Shown here: positions 50,442-59,860 of the stretch, one piece after another
Numbering within the stretch: position 1 is the stretch's first letter
Layout of the letters: every line of letters begins with the position of its first letter
NCBI RefSeq assembly: GCF_002257565.1
Contig: NZ_CP022736.1
Location: forward strand, 2,100,284-2,164,283
Direction of reading: 5' to 3'
DNA from: Herbaspirillum sp. meg3
Lineage (GTDB): Bacteria > Pseudomonadota > Gammaproteobacteria > Burkholderiales > Burkholderiaceae_D
Length of the DNA: 64,000 nt
The notes under the pieces: generated by a model
Told to the model about the DNA's origin: nothing
Seen by the model: the letters and a program-made list of their open reading frames with translations, nothing else
Database searches by the model: none
Position numbers and translations under genes: made by a program

Positions 50442-50584
50442 GGTTCCTCTGTTTTTTGTTGTGGCAGAAACGGTGCGGTGTTGCAGAAGCAGCAGATATT
50501 GAAGATTCTGCAGCTGTTGCCATAGACCGGGCGAAGTCCCCACTTCAGCCGGGTGGCAGGTCAATCTATTAATTTGTCAGTTTC

Positions 50585-51847
50585 TCAGTGCTTGTGTTCA
50601 CCGATCAACGCCAGCGAATCATGCTCGCGCTGATTGGCTGCGTGACGGCGCATGATCAGATACATGATGCTGGCGACGAAGACGCCGAAAATAATGATCA
50701 CGATATTGACGTTCAGATTGAGCCTGACCATCAACGCATACAGCACCAGCATGGTCAGTACCGACAGGTTTTCGTTGAAATTCTGTACCGCGATCGAATG
50801 GCCAGCGCTCATCAATACGTGGCCGCGGTGTTGCAGCAGGGCGTTCATCGGTACGACGAAGTAACCCGACAAGGCACCGATGATGATCAGCAAGGGATAA
50901 GCAATCCAGATCGATGTCACCATGGTCATGGCCATGACGACAAGGCCCATGATGATGCCCAGAGGCATCACGGTCAGTGACTTGCGGAGGGGGACGAAGC
51001 GGGCAGCGCCGACGGCGCCCAGCGCCACGCCCAGCGCCACGATGCCTTGCAGGATTGCAGCCTTGTCCAGCGGCATGTGCAGCGACTTCTCGGCCCATTT
51101 CAAGACGATGAACTGCAGCGTCGCTCCCGCACCCCAGAACAGCGTAGTGACTGCGAGCGAAATCTGGCCCAGCTTGTCTTTCCACAAAGTGGTGAAACAG
51201 TTGGAGAAGTCGGCGATGAGCTTGATGGGATTGTGCTGCTGATGGGCGTAACGGGCGCCGGTGTCGGGGATATTGAGATTGAAGATGGCAGCAACGATGT
51301 AGATGACGGTGATGACGCAGAGCGCGGCTTCAGTAGGGGTGTTGATATTGAAATCAAAGACCGGGAAATCAAACGCGAGCAGTGTCGAGGCAATATGCGG
51401 GTTGACCAGCGCACCGCCTAACACCGTGCCGAAGATGATGGAGCAGACCGTCAACCCCTCGATCCAGCCATTGGCGGCAACCAGTTTTTCCGGCGGCAGC
51501 AGCTCGGTCAGGATGCCGTACTTGGCCGGCGAATACGCTGCGGCGCCAAAGCCGACGACGGCATAGGCAATCAAAGGATGAATGGTAAAGAACATCAATG
51601 CGCAACCGACCACTTTGATCAGGTTGGTGATGAACATGACCTTGCCTTTGGGGAAGGCGTCGGCAAACGCGCCTACGAAGGCTGCAAGCAGCACATACGA
51701 CAAGACGAAGAATAATTTCAGCAGCGGCGTCATCCATGCCGGAGAGTGCATCTCCGCAAGGAGTGCAATAGCTGCGATAAGCAGGGCATTGTCGGCAAGC
51801 GACGAAAAAAACTGCGCCGCCATGATTGTGTAGAAGCCGCGATTCAT
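50585..51847 (-). CDS. lplT: MFS transporter, lysophospholipid transporter LplT-like
   Basis: 420 aa, 12 TM; MNRGFYTIMAAQFFSSLADNALLIAA… typical LplT N-terminus. Confidence 0.75.
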   Translation of the reverse strand: MNRGFYTIMAAQFFSSLADNALLIAAIALLAEMHSPAWMTPLLKLFFVLSYVLLAAFVGAFADAFPKGKVMFITNLIKVVGCALMFFTIHPLIAYAVVGFGAAAYSPAKYGILTELLPPEKLVAANGWIEGLTVCSIIFGTVLGGALVNPHIASTLLAFDFPVFDFNINTPTEAALCVITVIYIVAAIFNLNIPDTGARYAHQQHNPIKLIADFSNCFTTLWKDKLGQISLAVTTLFWGAGATLQFIVLKWAEKSLHMPLDKAAILQGIVALGVALGAVGAARFVPLRKSLTVMPLGIIMGLVVMAMTMVTSIWIAYPLLIIIGALSGYFVVPMNALLQHRGHVLMSAGHSIAVQNFNENLSVLTMLVLYALMVRLNLNVNIVIIIFGVFVASIMYLIMRRHAANQREHDSLALIGEHKH

Positions 51848-52094
51848 CCGTATCCAAGATGTGACAAATTATCTCCGGCTTGCTTTATACCATGAAAAGA
51901 TGACATGCCAGTGATAAGTATGATGGGTGAATATAAGGGCAGGAGCGTAGTCCGAGTTTGGTGCATCCGCTTCATAGAGACAAGTTGATCCGGTAAAATG
52001 GCCTCTTGTTCCCGAATGGCCGGATTTCCGCCAGCTCCACCGCATTTCTGTTCAGTTTTCTCTATATTTCACTCTTCAGCCACTATCTGTTTCC

Positions 52095-53180
52095 ATGCCA
52101 AGACCAATCGTAGCCACCATTGACATTTCTGCACTACAACACAATCTCGCCGTTGCGAAGTCGCGGGCACCTCACGCCAAGGCGTGGGCAGTAGTCAAAG
52201 CGCAGGCCTATGGCCACGGTTTGTCACGCGCAGTGCGTGCTTTTGCCGATGCAGATGGCCTCGCGCTGATCGAAGTCAATTATGCAGTGCAGCTGCGCGA
52301 GCTTGGCTGGAAGAAGCCGATCCTGTTGCTGGAAGGTTTCTTTGACGCGGACGATATTCCCGTGCTGGAACAGCATCAGTTGCAATTCGCGGTGCACTGC
52401 AATGAGCAGATTCAATTGCTGGAACAGGCCAAACTCAAGGCCGGCGTGCAATTCGACGTCCATCTGAAGATGAACAGCGGCATGAATCGCCTCGGTTTCA
52501 AGCCGGAAGCCTATCGCGCCGCCTACGAGCGGTTGCAGAAGCTTGCCTGCGTGCGCAGCATCACCATGATGACGCACTTTGCCAATGCCGATGACGCCTC
52601 CAATCCCGATTTGCCGCTGGCAGAGCAAGTCAGACGTTTCAAGGCGGCCACGGAAGGGTTGGCCGGTGCTTGCAGCGTGTCGAATTCTGCCGCTGACTTG
52701 TTGCACACCGAGCTGGCGTATGACTGGGTGCGTCCCGGGGTCATGCTCTACGGCGGTACGCCAGGCGGTGGTGCGGCCAAGGATTTCGGCCTGCGTCCGG
52801 CCATGACACTGGAAAGCGAGATCATCGCCGTGCAAGAGATTGGTCCGGGAGACGCGGTCGGCTACGGCAGCCGTTTTGTCGCCGACAAGCCGATGAAGAT
52901 TGGCATCGTCGCCTGCGGTTATGCAGACGGTTATCCGCGTCATGCCCCCAATAACACACCGGTCGTGGTCGATGGCGTCAACACCGGCACTGTCGGTCGC
53001 GTCTCGATGGATATGCTGATCGTCGACCTGACCCACATCCCGAATGCCGGCGTCGGCAGCCACGTTGTCCTGTGGGGGGAAGCTTTGCCGATTGACGACG
53101 TCGCTTTTGCGGCGGGCACCATCGGCTATGAATTGATGTGCGCTCTGGCGCCACGCGTCACCGTGCGGGAAAAGAACTGA
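52095..53180 (+). CDS. alr: alanine racemase
   Basis: …AVVKAQAYGHG… PLP-lysine motif, 361 aa. Confidence 0.9.
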   Translation: MPRPIVATIDISALQHNLAVAKSRAPHAKAWAVVKAQAYGHGLSRAVRAFADADGLALIEVNYAVQLRELGWKKPILLLEGFFDADDIPVLEQHQLQFAVHCNEQIQLLEQAKLKAGVQFDVHLKMNSGMNRLGFKPEAYRAAYERLQKLACVRSITMMTHFANADDASNPDLPLAEQVRRFKAATEGLAGACSVSNSAADLLHTELAYDWVRPGVMLYGGTPGGGAAKDFGLRPAMTLESEIIAVQEIGPGDAVGYGSRFVADKPMKIGIVACGYADGYPRHAPNNTPVVVDGVNTGTVGRVSMDMLIVDLTHIPNAGVGSHVVLWGEALPIDDVAFAAGTIGYELMCALAPRVTVREKN

Positions 53181-53181
53181 T

Positions 53182-54558
53182 ATGGCAAAAGCCAAAACCA
53201 ATTACACCTGTACCGAATGCGGCGGCATCAGCAATAAATGGGCGGGACAGTGTCCGGCCTGCGGGCAGTGGAACACGCTGGTGGAAACACTGGTCGAGCC
53301 GGTCAGCGCCAATCGCTATTCGAATCAGCATCAAGGCCTGGCGCAGACGGCGCCGGTGTTGTCGCTGGTCGATATCGAAGCAATCGACGTACCGCGCTTC
53401 GGCACCGGTATCGAAGAATTTGATCGCGTACTCGGTGGCGGGCTGGTTCCGGGCGGTGTCGTACTGATCGGTGGTGATCCGGGGATCGGCAAGTCAACGC
53501 TCTTGCTCCAGGCGCTGGCGAATATTTCCAAGCTTAAACATGTCTTGTACGTCAGCGGCGAAGAATCCGGCTCGCAGATTGCCTTGCGCGCCAAACGTCT
53601 GGCAGTCGATGCCAAGGATCTCAAGCTGCAGGCGGAAATTCAGCTGGAAAAGATTCTGTCGACACTGGCGGAACACAAGCCTGATGTCGCCGTCATTGAT
53701 TCGATTCAGACCGTCTATTCCGACGCACTGACTTCGGCGCCTGGTTCAGTGGCGCAAGTACGTGAGTGTGCAGCGCAGCTCACGCGTTTTGCCAAGACCT
53801 CCGACACCACCATCATCATGGTGGGCCACGTCACCAAGGAAGGCGCGTTGGCAGGTCCGCGCGTGCTCGAGCATATCGTCGACACAGTGCTGTATTTCGA
53901 AGGCGACACGCATTCCAGTTTCCGTCTGGTGCGGGCATTCAAGAATCGTTTCGGTGCCGTCAATGAGCTGGGGGTGTTTGCCATGACGGAAAAGGGACTC
54001 AAAGGAGTATCCAATCCATCGGCGCTGTTTTTGTCGCAGCACGACAGTCAGGTGCCGGGCTCCTGCGTCATGGTCACCCAAGAAGGCACGCGTCCTCTGC
54101 TGGTGGAAATTCAGGCGCTGGTCGATAGTTCGCATGTTCCCAACGCACGCCGTTTGTCGGTCGGCCTGGAGCAGAATCGTCTGGCCATGCTGCTGGCGGT
54201 GTTGCATCGCCATGCCGGTATCGCTGCGTTCGATCAGGATGTGTTCATCAACGCCGTCGGCGGTGTGAAGATCACCGAACCGGCAGCCGACCTTGCCGTG
54301 TTGTTGGCGATCAATTCGTCCATGCGCAACAAGCCGCTGCCGCGCGGTCTGGTGGTGTTCGGAGAAGTTGGGCTGGCAGGTGAGATTCGTCCCGCGCCAC
54401 GGGGGCAGGAGCGCCTGCGCGAAGCCGCCAAGCTGGGTTTCTCCATTGCCATGATTCCAAAGGCGAACGCGCCCAAGCAAGAGGTTGAAGGCTTGAAAGT
54501 CGTTGCGGTAGAGCGCATCGATGAAGCCTTGCAAAAGATTCGCAACATCGACGAATAA
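53182..54558 (+). CDS. radA: DNA repair protein RadA/Sms
   Basis: N-terminal zinc finger CTECGGISNKWAGQCPACGQWN, RecA-like ATPase GDPGIGKST, C-terminal Lon-like domain. Confidence 0.95.
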   Translation: MAKAKTNYTCTECGGISNKWAGQCPACGQWNTLVETLVEPVSANRYSNQHQGLAQTAPVLSLVDIEAIDVPRFGTGIEEFDRVLGGGLVPGGVVLIGGDPGIGKSTLLLQALANISKLKHVLYVSGEESGSQIALRAKRLAVDAKDLKLQAEIQLEKILSTLAEHKPDVAVIDSIQTVYSDALTSAPGSVAQVRECAAQLTRFAKTSDTTIIMVGHVTKEGALAGPRVLEHIVDTVLYFEGDTHSSFRLVRAFKNRFGAVNELGVFAMTEKGLKGVSNPSALFLSQHDSQVPGSCVMVTQEGTRPLLVEIQALVDSSHVPNARRLSVGLEQNRLAMLLAVLHRHAGIAAFDQDVFINAVGGVKITEPAADLAVLLAINSSMRNKPLPRGLVVFGEVGLAGEIRPAPRGQERLREAAKLGFSIAMIPKANAPKQEVEGLKVVAVERIDEALQKIRNIDE

Positions 54559-54643
54559 GCCGCATCAAGCAAAGAAGAAAATGGCCTGAGCAATCAGGCG
54601 ATTGCCGATCGTTGTGACTTGTCGCTTTTCTCTTGCATCATCT

Positions 54644-55258
54644 CTATCCCGGCAGGTCGTAGGTCACGATGACCTGATTCATTTCTCCCTGCGCGGGTGG
54701 GCCTAACGGGCCTGTGCCTCTCACGCGGTAATGCAATGTGAAGGGTTGAGACGCATCCTGGCCGTTGAAGGCGGACGTGTTGCCGCTTGCGCTGTTGGTG
54801 ATGTTCCAGCAGCGCTGCTGATTATTTCGGCACAGTACGGCTTCAAATCCCACGGGTTTGCTCGACAAGCCGTAGCGCCACGCTACATTGCTGATGGTAC
54901 TACCGGCAGGGATGGGGGCATTGATCCTGAACAGGGTTTCGTAGTCGGCATTTTTTGCCAGAATCGTCGCGCCCATGGCGTCTGATGCATACGAGCCGCT
55001 GGGGCGGTTATGACTCGAAGGAGCAGGGTTGTGTGAGGGAGTTGATGCTGCCGGTGTGACCGGTGCGGTGGTTGTGGTGGTTGTGGCGGTTATGGCATTT
55101 GTCGTTGCAATGGGCAGATCGCCGAGTGATGATGCCGCGCCAGATTGCACGCTCAGTGTGCGATCAACGCGTGCCTGAGCCAATGCCTCGCTGCCGCTCA
55201 TCGCGCCACCAAGAAAAACCATCAGTACCATCAGGATAGAGCGGTTGTGATGTCGCAC
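54644..55258 (-). CDS. secreted Thr-rich hypothetical protein
   Basis: Signal peptide …LMVLMVFLGGAMSGSEALAQA; TTTTTAPVTPAASTP low-complexity. Confidence 0.45.
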   Translation of the reverse strand: MRHHNRSILMVLMVFLGGAMSGSEALAQARVDRTLSVQSGAASSLGDLPIATTNAITATTTTTTAPVTPAASTPSHNPAPSSHNRPSGSYASDAMGATILAKNADYETLFRINAPIPAGSTISNVAWRYGLSSKPVGFEAVLCRNNQQRCWNITNSASGNTSAFNGQDASQPFTLHYRVRGTGPLGPPAQGEMNQVIVTYDLPG

Positions 55259-55263
55259 GCTCG

Positions 55264-56634
55264 TTACCCTGTTTGCTTGCGCGGATGGGCGCTGCGTGGA
55301 GGCTGGGGGAAAATCATCTGCACCACGAGGCCGCCGCCCTCGCGATTACGCAGGTGCAGCTTGCCGTTGTGGCGAATCACAATCCGGTTCACGATTGCCA
55401 GCCCAAGGCCGGAGCCGTTGGCTTGACCACGCGCGGTATCAAGACGGGTAAAGGGGCGCAGCAAGCGCTCCAGTTCGCTTTCCGGGGCACCTGCACCGTG
55501 ATCGGCGATCTCCACCTTGACGTTATGCCCTTCCAGTTTGCACAGGATGTCGATATCTGCAACGTCGGTGTCAGGCGTCTTGCCGTAGCGACGGGCATTT
55601 TCGATCAGATTGCCGATAGTGCGTTCGAGCTCCACCGTGTTGCCCATGATTTCCAGGCCCGGCATGATGGCGGTCGTGACACGGACTTCGTTCTGGCGTT
55701 TGCTGTGATTGGCGGCGTCTTCGAGCAGACCGGACAGATCGACAGATGTAAAGCTGCTGCTGTCGAACGGCTTCGCGTAATCGAGGAACTGGCCGATGAT
55801 GGCATCCATTTGCGCCAGATCCGAATGCATGCCGTCGCGTGCTTCGTCGGACAAATGCGCCATTTCAACTTCCAGCTGCATACGCGCAAGCGGTGTACGC
55901 AAGTCATGGGAAATGCCGGCGAGGATCACCGCACGATCAGACTCGATGCGATTAAGGTCATCGACCATTTGATTGAAACTGCCATTGGCTTCCCTGATTT
56001 CGGTCGGCCCGGATTCGGGCAACGGATCAGGTTGATTGCCTTTGGCAATGGCGCGTGCGGCAGCGGTCAGGCGCGCCAGGGGCTGGTTGATCAAAGTCGA
56101 GATGAACACGGCGCCGATCAGGGACAACACCAGTGCAATCGACGCCCATCCCAGCCATTGAAGGCTGGACGTGCGATCAAGGCGACCGCGATCCAGCATG
56201 AGCCAGTATTGGTCTTCATCAATCTTGAAGCTGATCCAGAAGCCGTCAACGTCGTTCACACCCGAGGCAAACTGGGTATCGTCGCCCATTGCCTGTTTGA
56301 CGTAGTACTCGAGTTCAGGAAGGACAGGGGAATCGTCCGGTGGTGTGATCTTGTCGGATTTTTCCAGCGGATAAATGCGGATGCCTTCGTTGCTGGCCAG
56401 ATCGAACAGCAGTTCGCGGCGCATCTCCGGCGCCGAGTGAGTCAGCGCGGCGCGCGTGATCGTCACGACGGAAACGATTTGCGCCGCCAATTGTTCGGCA
56501 CGCGGACCGCGTTCCACCATGCGGAAACTGGCCACCCATGCCACCATGCTGGCGGTAATCAGGAAAGTCAGCAAAAAGAAAGTGCGCCAGAACAGTCCAT
56601 TGCTGAACCATCGTTGGCGCGTAGGATTGCTCAT
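55264..56634 (-). CDS. envZ: sensor histidine kinase, EnvZ-like
   Basis: Two TM, HAMP, HisKA (…GISHDLRTPLARM…), HATPase_c; adjacent to ompR-like gene. Confidence 0.8.
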   Translation of the reverse strand: MSNPTRQRWFSNGLFWRTFFLLTFLITASMVAWVASFRMVERGPRAEQLAAQIVSVVTITRAALTHSAPEMRRELLFDLASNEGIRIYPLEKSDKITPPDDSPVLPELEYYVKQAMGDDTQFASGVNDVDGFWISFKIDEDQYWLMLDRGRLDRTSSLQWLGWASIALVLSLIGAVFISTLINQPLARLTAAARAIAKGNQPDPLPESGPTEIREANGSFNQMVDDLNRIESDRAVILAGISHDLRTPLARMQLEVEMAHLSDEARDGMHSDLAQMDAIIGQFLDYAKPFDSSSFTSVDLSGLLEDAANHSKRQNEVRVTTAIMPGLEIMGNTVELERTIGNLIENARRYGKTPDTDVADIDILCKLEGHNVKVEIADHGAGAPESELERLLRPFTRLDTARGQANGSGLGLAIVNRIVIRHNGKLHLRNREGGGLVVQMIFPQPPRSAHPRKQTG

Positions 56635-56723
56635 AGTCTAAGTCCCGGTGGACGGGTTCGATTCATTCAACAAGCTTGACGGGCTTGGCAGGCTTAGCTC
56701 GCTTGGTAGGCAGGCGAAGCGCA

Positions 56724-57479
56724 TCAGCGCGGTTTGCCCTCGGGAATGAAGACGTAGCCAAGGCCCCACACGGTCTGAATGTAAAGCGGATTGGCCGGAT
56801 CGGGTTCGATCAGTTTGCGCAGACGCGAGATCTGCACGTCAAGGCTGCGGTCGAATACTTCGTATTCGCGGCCACGGGCCATTTCCATGAGTTTTTCGCG
56901 CGACAGGGGCTGGCGTGCATTGCGGGCAAAGACTTTGAGTACCGAGAATTCGCCGGTGGTTAGTGGAACGGTTTCGCCTTTTTTCTTCAGCGTGCGCGTG
57001 CCCAAGTCGAGGACGAATTCACCAAACTCAAAAGATTCCGGCGACTCTGAAGGCGCACCTGGCAATTCGTCCGGGCCTTTGCGACGCAGTACGGCGTTGA
57101 TGCGTGCAACCAGCTCACGTGGATTAAATGGCTTGGGCAGATAATCATCTGCACCCATTTCGAGACCAATGATGCGATCGACATCTTCACCTTTGGCGGT
57201 GAGCATGATGATCGGTGTCTGATCGCCGGCGCCGCGCAGGCGCCGGCAAATCGCCAGGCCGTCTTCGCCGGGAAGCATCAGATCCAACACCAGCAGATCG
57301 TAGCGCTCGCGGATCCAGAGCTTGTTCATCGCCTGTGCATTTTCTGCTGTGACGACGTTGAAACCCTGTTCGGTCAGATAGCGGCGAAGCAGGTCGCGCA
57401 GACGGATATCGTCATCCACCACCAGAACTTTGGATTGGTGGGCCGGAGTAGCGGGGGAGCTTGTGTTGGTCGTATTCAT
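56724..57479 (-). CDS. ompR: OmpR-family response regulator
   Basis: Receiver (…VLVVDDD…DLLVLDLMLPGEDGL…) + winged-helix output domain. Confidence 0.85.
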   Translation of the reverse strand: MNTTNTSSPATPAHQSKVLVVDDDIRLRDLLRRYLTEQGFNVVTAENAQAMNKLWIRERYDLLVLDLMLPGEDGLAICRRLRGAGDQTPIIMLTAKGEDVDRIIGLEMGADDYLPKPFNPRELVARINAVLRRKGPDELPGAPSESPESFEFGEFVLDLGTRTLKKKGETVPLTTGEFSVLKVFARNARQPLSREKLMEMARGREYEVFDRSLDVQISRLRKLIEPDPANPLYIQTVWGLGYVFIPEGKPR

Positions 57480-57603
57480 GGCGTTATGGTAGCGTCTTCA
57501 CAGAGATCGGCAACATGTAAGCAGCCAAAGATTACAAACTGTTACATACCTTACCTTAATCATCTTATACCATCCGGCCAAGCAACCTACACTGGATACA
57601 TCG

Positions 57604-57936
57604 ATGAATGCACTTTGTCGTTGGTCCAAAATGTGGAAAAATGCCGTTATGGATATTGCAGTTTTAAAAAAACTTGGTGTTGCTGCAGCGTTTGTGTTGC
57701 TGGGTGCTAGCGCCGCTGCGTTTGCGCGTCCTCCCGAACCCGGGCGCGGAATGCCGAATCAGCCTACCGATTTTCGCCATCAGGGCGGAAACGGTTTTGG
57801 CAATGGTGGCGGACGTCCGCCACCAGATCAGGATGCCAATCAGCGTCGCGGTAAACTAAGTCCAGATGAGCGCCGCGAACTGCGACGCCAGATTGACGAA
57901 GCGGGGCAGGATATCTATCGCGTCAACAAGCGTTAG
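57604..57936 (+). CDS. small secreted Gly/Pro-rich protein, hypothetical
   Basis: Signal peptide …AAAFVLLGASAAAFA; start may be ATG 57649. Confidence 0.45.
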   Translation: MNALCRWSKMWKNAVMDIAVLKKLGVAAAFVLLGASAAAFARPPEPGRGMPNQPTDFRHQGGNGFGNGGGRPPPDQDANQRRGKLSPDERRELRRQIDEAGQDIYRVNKR

Positions 57937-58098
57937 CTCTGCGTTGCCCACCGCTGACATCGTCAGGGTAAATGCTCAGACTGTTAAGACCCAGACCGTT
58001 GAGACCATTTATCAAAAGTGTAGTTGCAGAATAAAAAGCCCGGCTCTAAATGTCCGGGCTTTTTCTTTTGGGCGGTCGTATTGTCGTCTTTGTGTTTT

Positions 58099-58755
58099 TT
58101 ATTGGTGAGCACGTCCCAGCCGACGTTCCAGGCGATGTTGCAAGGCTTCGAAGCAGATGCTGAGAAACCAGTACACCATCGCTGCGGCGATATACAACGG
58201 CAGGGGGCGGAAGGTCACTGCGATGATTTCCTTGGTCGACAGCATCAACTCGGTCACGGTGATGACGGACACCAGCGACGTATCCTTGATCAGGCTGATC
58301 AGCGTGTTGCTCATCGATGGCACCGCGATGCGGATCGCCTGGGGCACCACGATATGGCGCAAGGTCTGGATATAAGTCAGGCCCAGGCTGTAGCTGGCAC
58401 TCCATTGACCCTTGCCAACACCGAGAATGGCGCCACGCAAGCTCTCAGACAAATAGGCGCTGGCGTTCAGGCTCAGCGTCAGCACGCCGGCCATGAGCGG
58501 AGAGAACTCGATACCGACGCTGGGCAAGCCGTAGTAGACGACGAAAATCTGCACCAGCAACGGCGTGCCGCGCATCAGGCTGACGTAGACAGCCGCCGGC
58601 CAATGAACGAGCTTCCACGGCACAATGCGCGCGACTGCCAGTACAAATCCCAGGATCAGGCCGCCGACCATCGAAGACAACGCAAACAGGAGCGTGTAGC
58701 CCGTGCCTTTGAGCATGATCGGCGCTGCCTGATGCAGCAAGTCCCATATTTCCAT
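58099..58755 (-). CDS. polar amino-acid ABC transporter permease
   Basis: HisM/GlnP-type permease core (…YVSLMRGTPLLVQIFVVYYGLP…). Confidence 0.85.
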   Translation of the reverse strand: MEIWDLLHQAAPIMLKGTGYTLLFALSSMVGGLILGFVLAVARIVPWKLVHWPAAVYVSLMRGTPLLVQIFVVYYGLPSVGIEFSPLMAGVLTLSLNASAYLSESLRGAILGVGKGQWSASYSLGLTYIQTLRHIVVPQAIRIAVPSMSNTLISLIKDTSLVSVITVTELMLSTKEIIAVTFRPLPLYIAAAMVYWFLSICFEALQHRLERRLGRAHQ

Positions 58756-58823
58756 TTTTCGTCGACGCAATAAAAATATCCCCGCATTAACGCGGGGATA
58801 TTGGTTCAAGAGAGCTTAGTGAC

Positions 58824-59630
58824 TTATTGTGCGGCTGGCGGCTTGCTCACGTCAATGCCAAACCACTTGATCGACGCCTGCTTGAAGCTGCCGTCCTTTT
58901 GAATGTCGGCCAGCGCCTTGTTCAGAGCCGCCTTGAATTGCGGATTGCCCTTTTGGAAAGGAATGCCGATCTTGTCGACCGTGCCGATTGGCGAACCGCC
59001 CTTGAGCGGCAGATTTGCCGACTTCAGCAGGTAGCCGACCAGCAGGCTGTCATTCAGCGCTGCGTCGATGCGACCGCTCGCCAGATCGGCCAGGTATTCA
59101 GGCGAACCTGGATAGGTTTTGACGTCGATACCGGGAACGCTCTTGGCTTTTTGTTCAAAGTTGGTGCCTTGGCCCAGGCCCAGTTTCTTGCCCTTCAGAT
59201 CTTCCAGACTGTTGAACTGGCGCTTTTCATCCTTGCGCACGATCAACTGCGCGCTGGACAGGGTGTACGGATCGGAGAAGTCGAACGCCTTTTGACGCTC
59301 GTCGGTGATACCGACCTGATTGATGATGACGTCGTATTTGCCGGCGCCCAGACCCGCCAGAATGCCGCTCCACTCAGTCGTGGTGAACTCAGGCTTCAAG
59401 CCCAGCTTGGCGGCGAGCAGCTTGGCGACGTCGACTTCAAAACCGGTCAGTTCGCTGGTCTTCGGATCCTTGAAGTTGAACGGAGGATAGTTGCCTTCCA
59501 GGGCGACTTTCAGTGTGCCGCGCGCCTTGACGGTATCCAGCAGGTCGGCAGCATGTGCGCCGACGGTGGCGCCTACCAGCAGCAGGCCGGCCAGCAACGG
59601 AGACAGTTTACGAAGTGTTTTGGATGTCAT
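58824..59630 (-). CDS. polar amino-acid ABC transporter substrate-binding protein
   Basis: Signal peptide + SBP_bac_3-like sequence (…GFEVDVAKLLAAKLGLKPEF…). Confidence 0.85.
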   Translation of the reverse strand: MTSKTLRKLSPLLAGLLLVGATVGAHAADLLDTVKARGTLKVALEGNYPPFNFKDPKTSELTGFEVDVAKLLAAKLGLKPEFTTTEWSGILAGLGAGKYDVIINQVGITDERQKAFDFSDPYTLSSAQLIVRKDEKRQFNSLEDLKGKKLGLGQGTNFEQKAKSVPGIDVKTYPGSPEYLADLASGRIDAALNDSLLVGYLLKSANLPLKGGSPIGTVDKIGIPFQKGNPQFKAALNKALADIQKDGSFKQASIKWFGIDVSKPPAAQ

Positions 59631-59860
59631 GTCTGTTCCTTTGACGATAAATATATTAATCGGTGGAAATCCGATATGCGAGCAGCTTAATCGTTTTGCA
59701 AGCTAAGACCAAAGACATCTACGTAAGAAGTTTATATAGGCTGCTGAAAAGACAACCTGACGTCGTTGCAGCTCTTTGCCGTACTAAAGTACTGTCTGCG
59801 TCGCTAGGCCTGGTCAGCTTGGTTTTTCAACAGCCTATAGGCGCACAGGCAGCCCTCTTA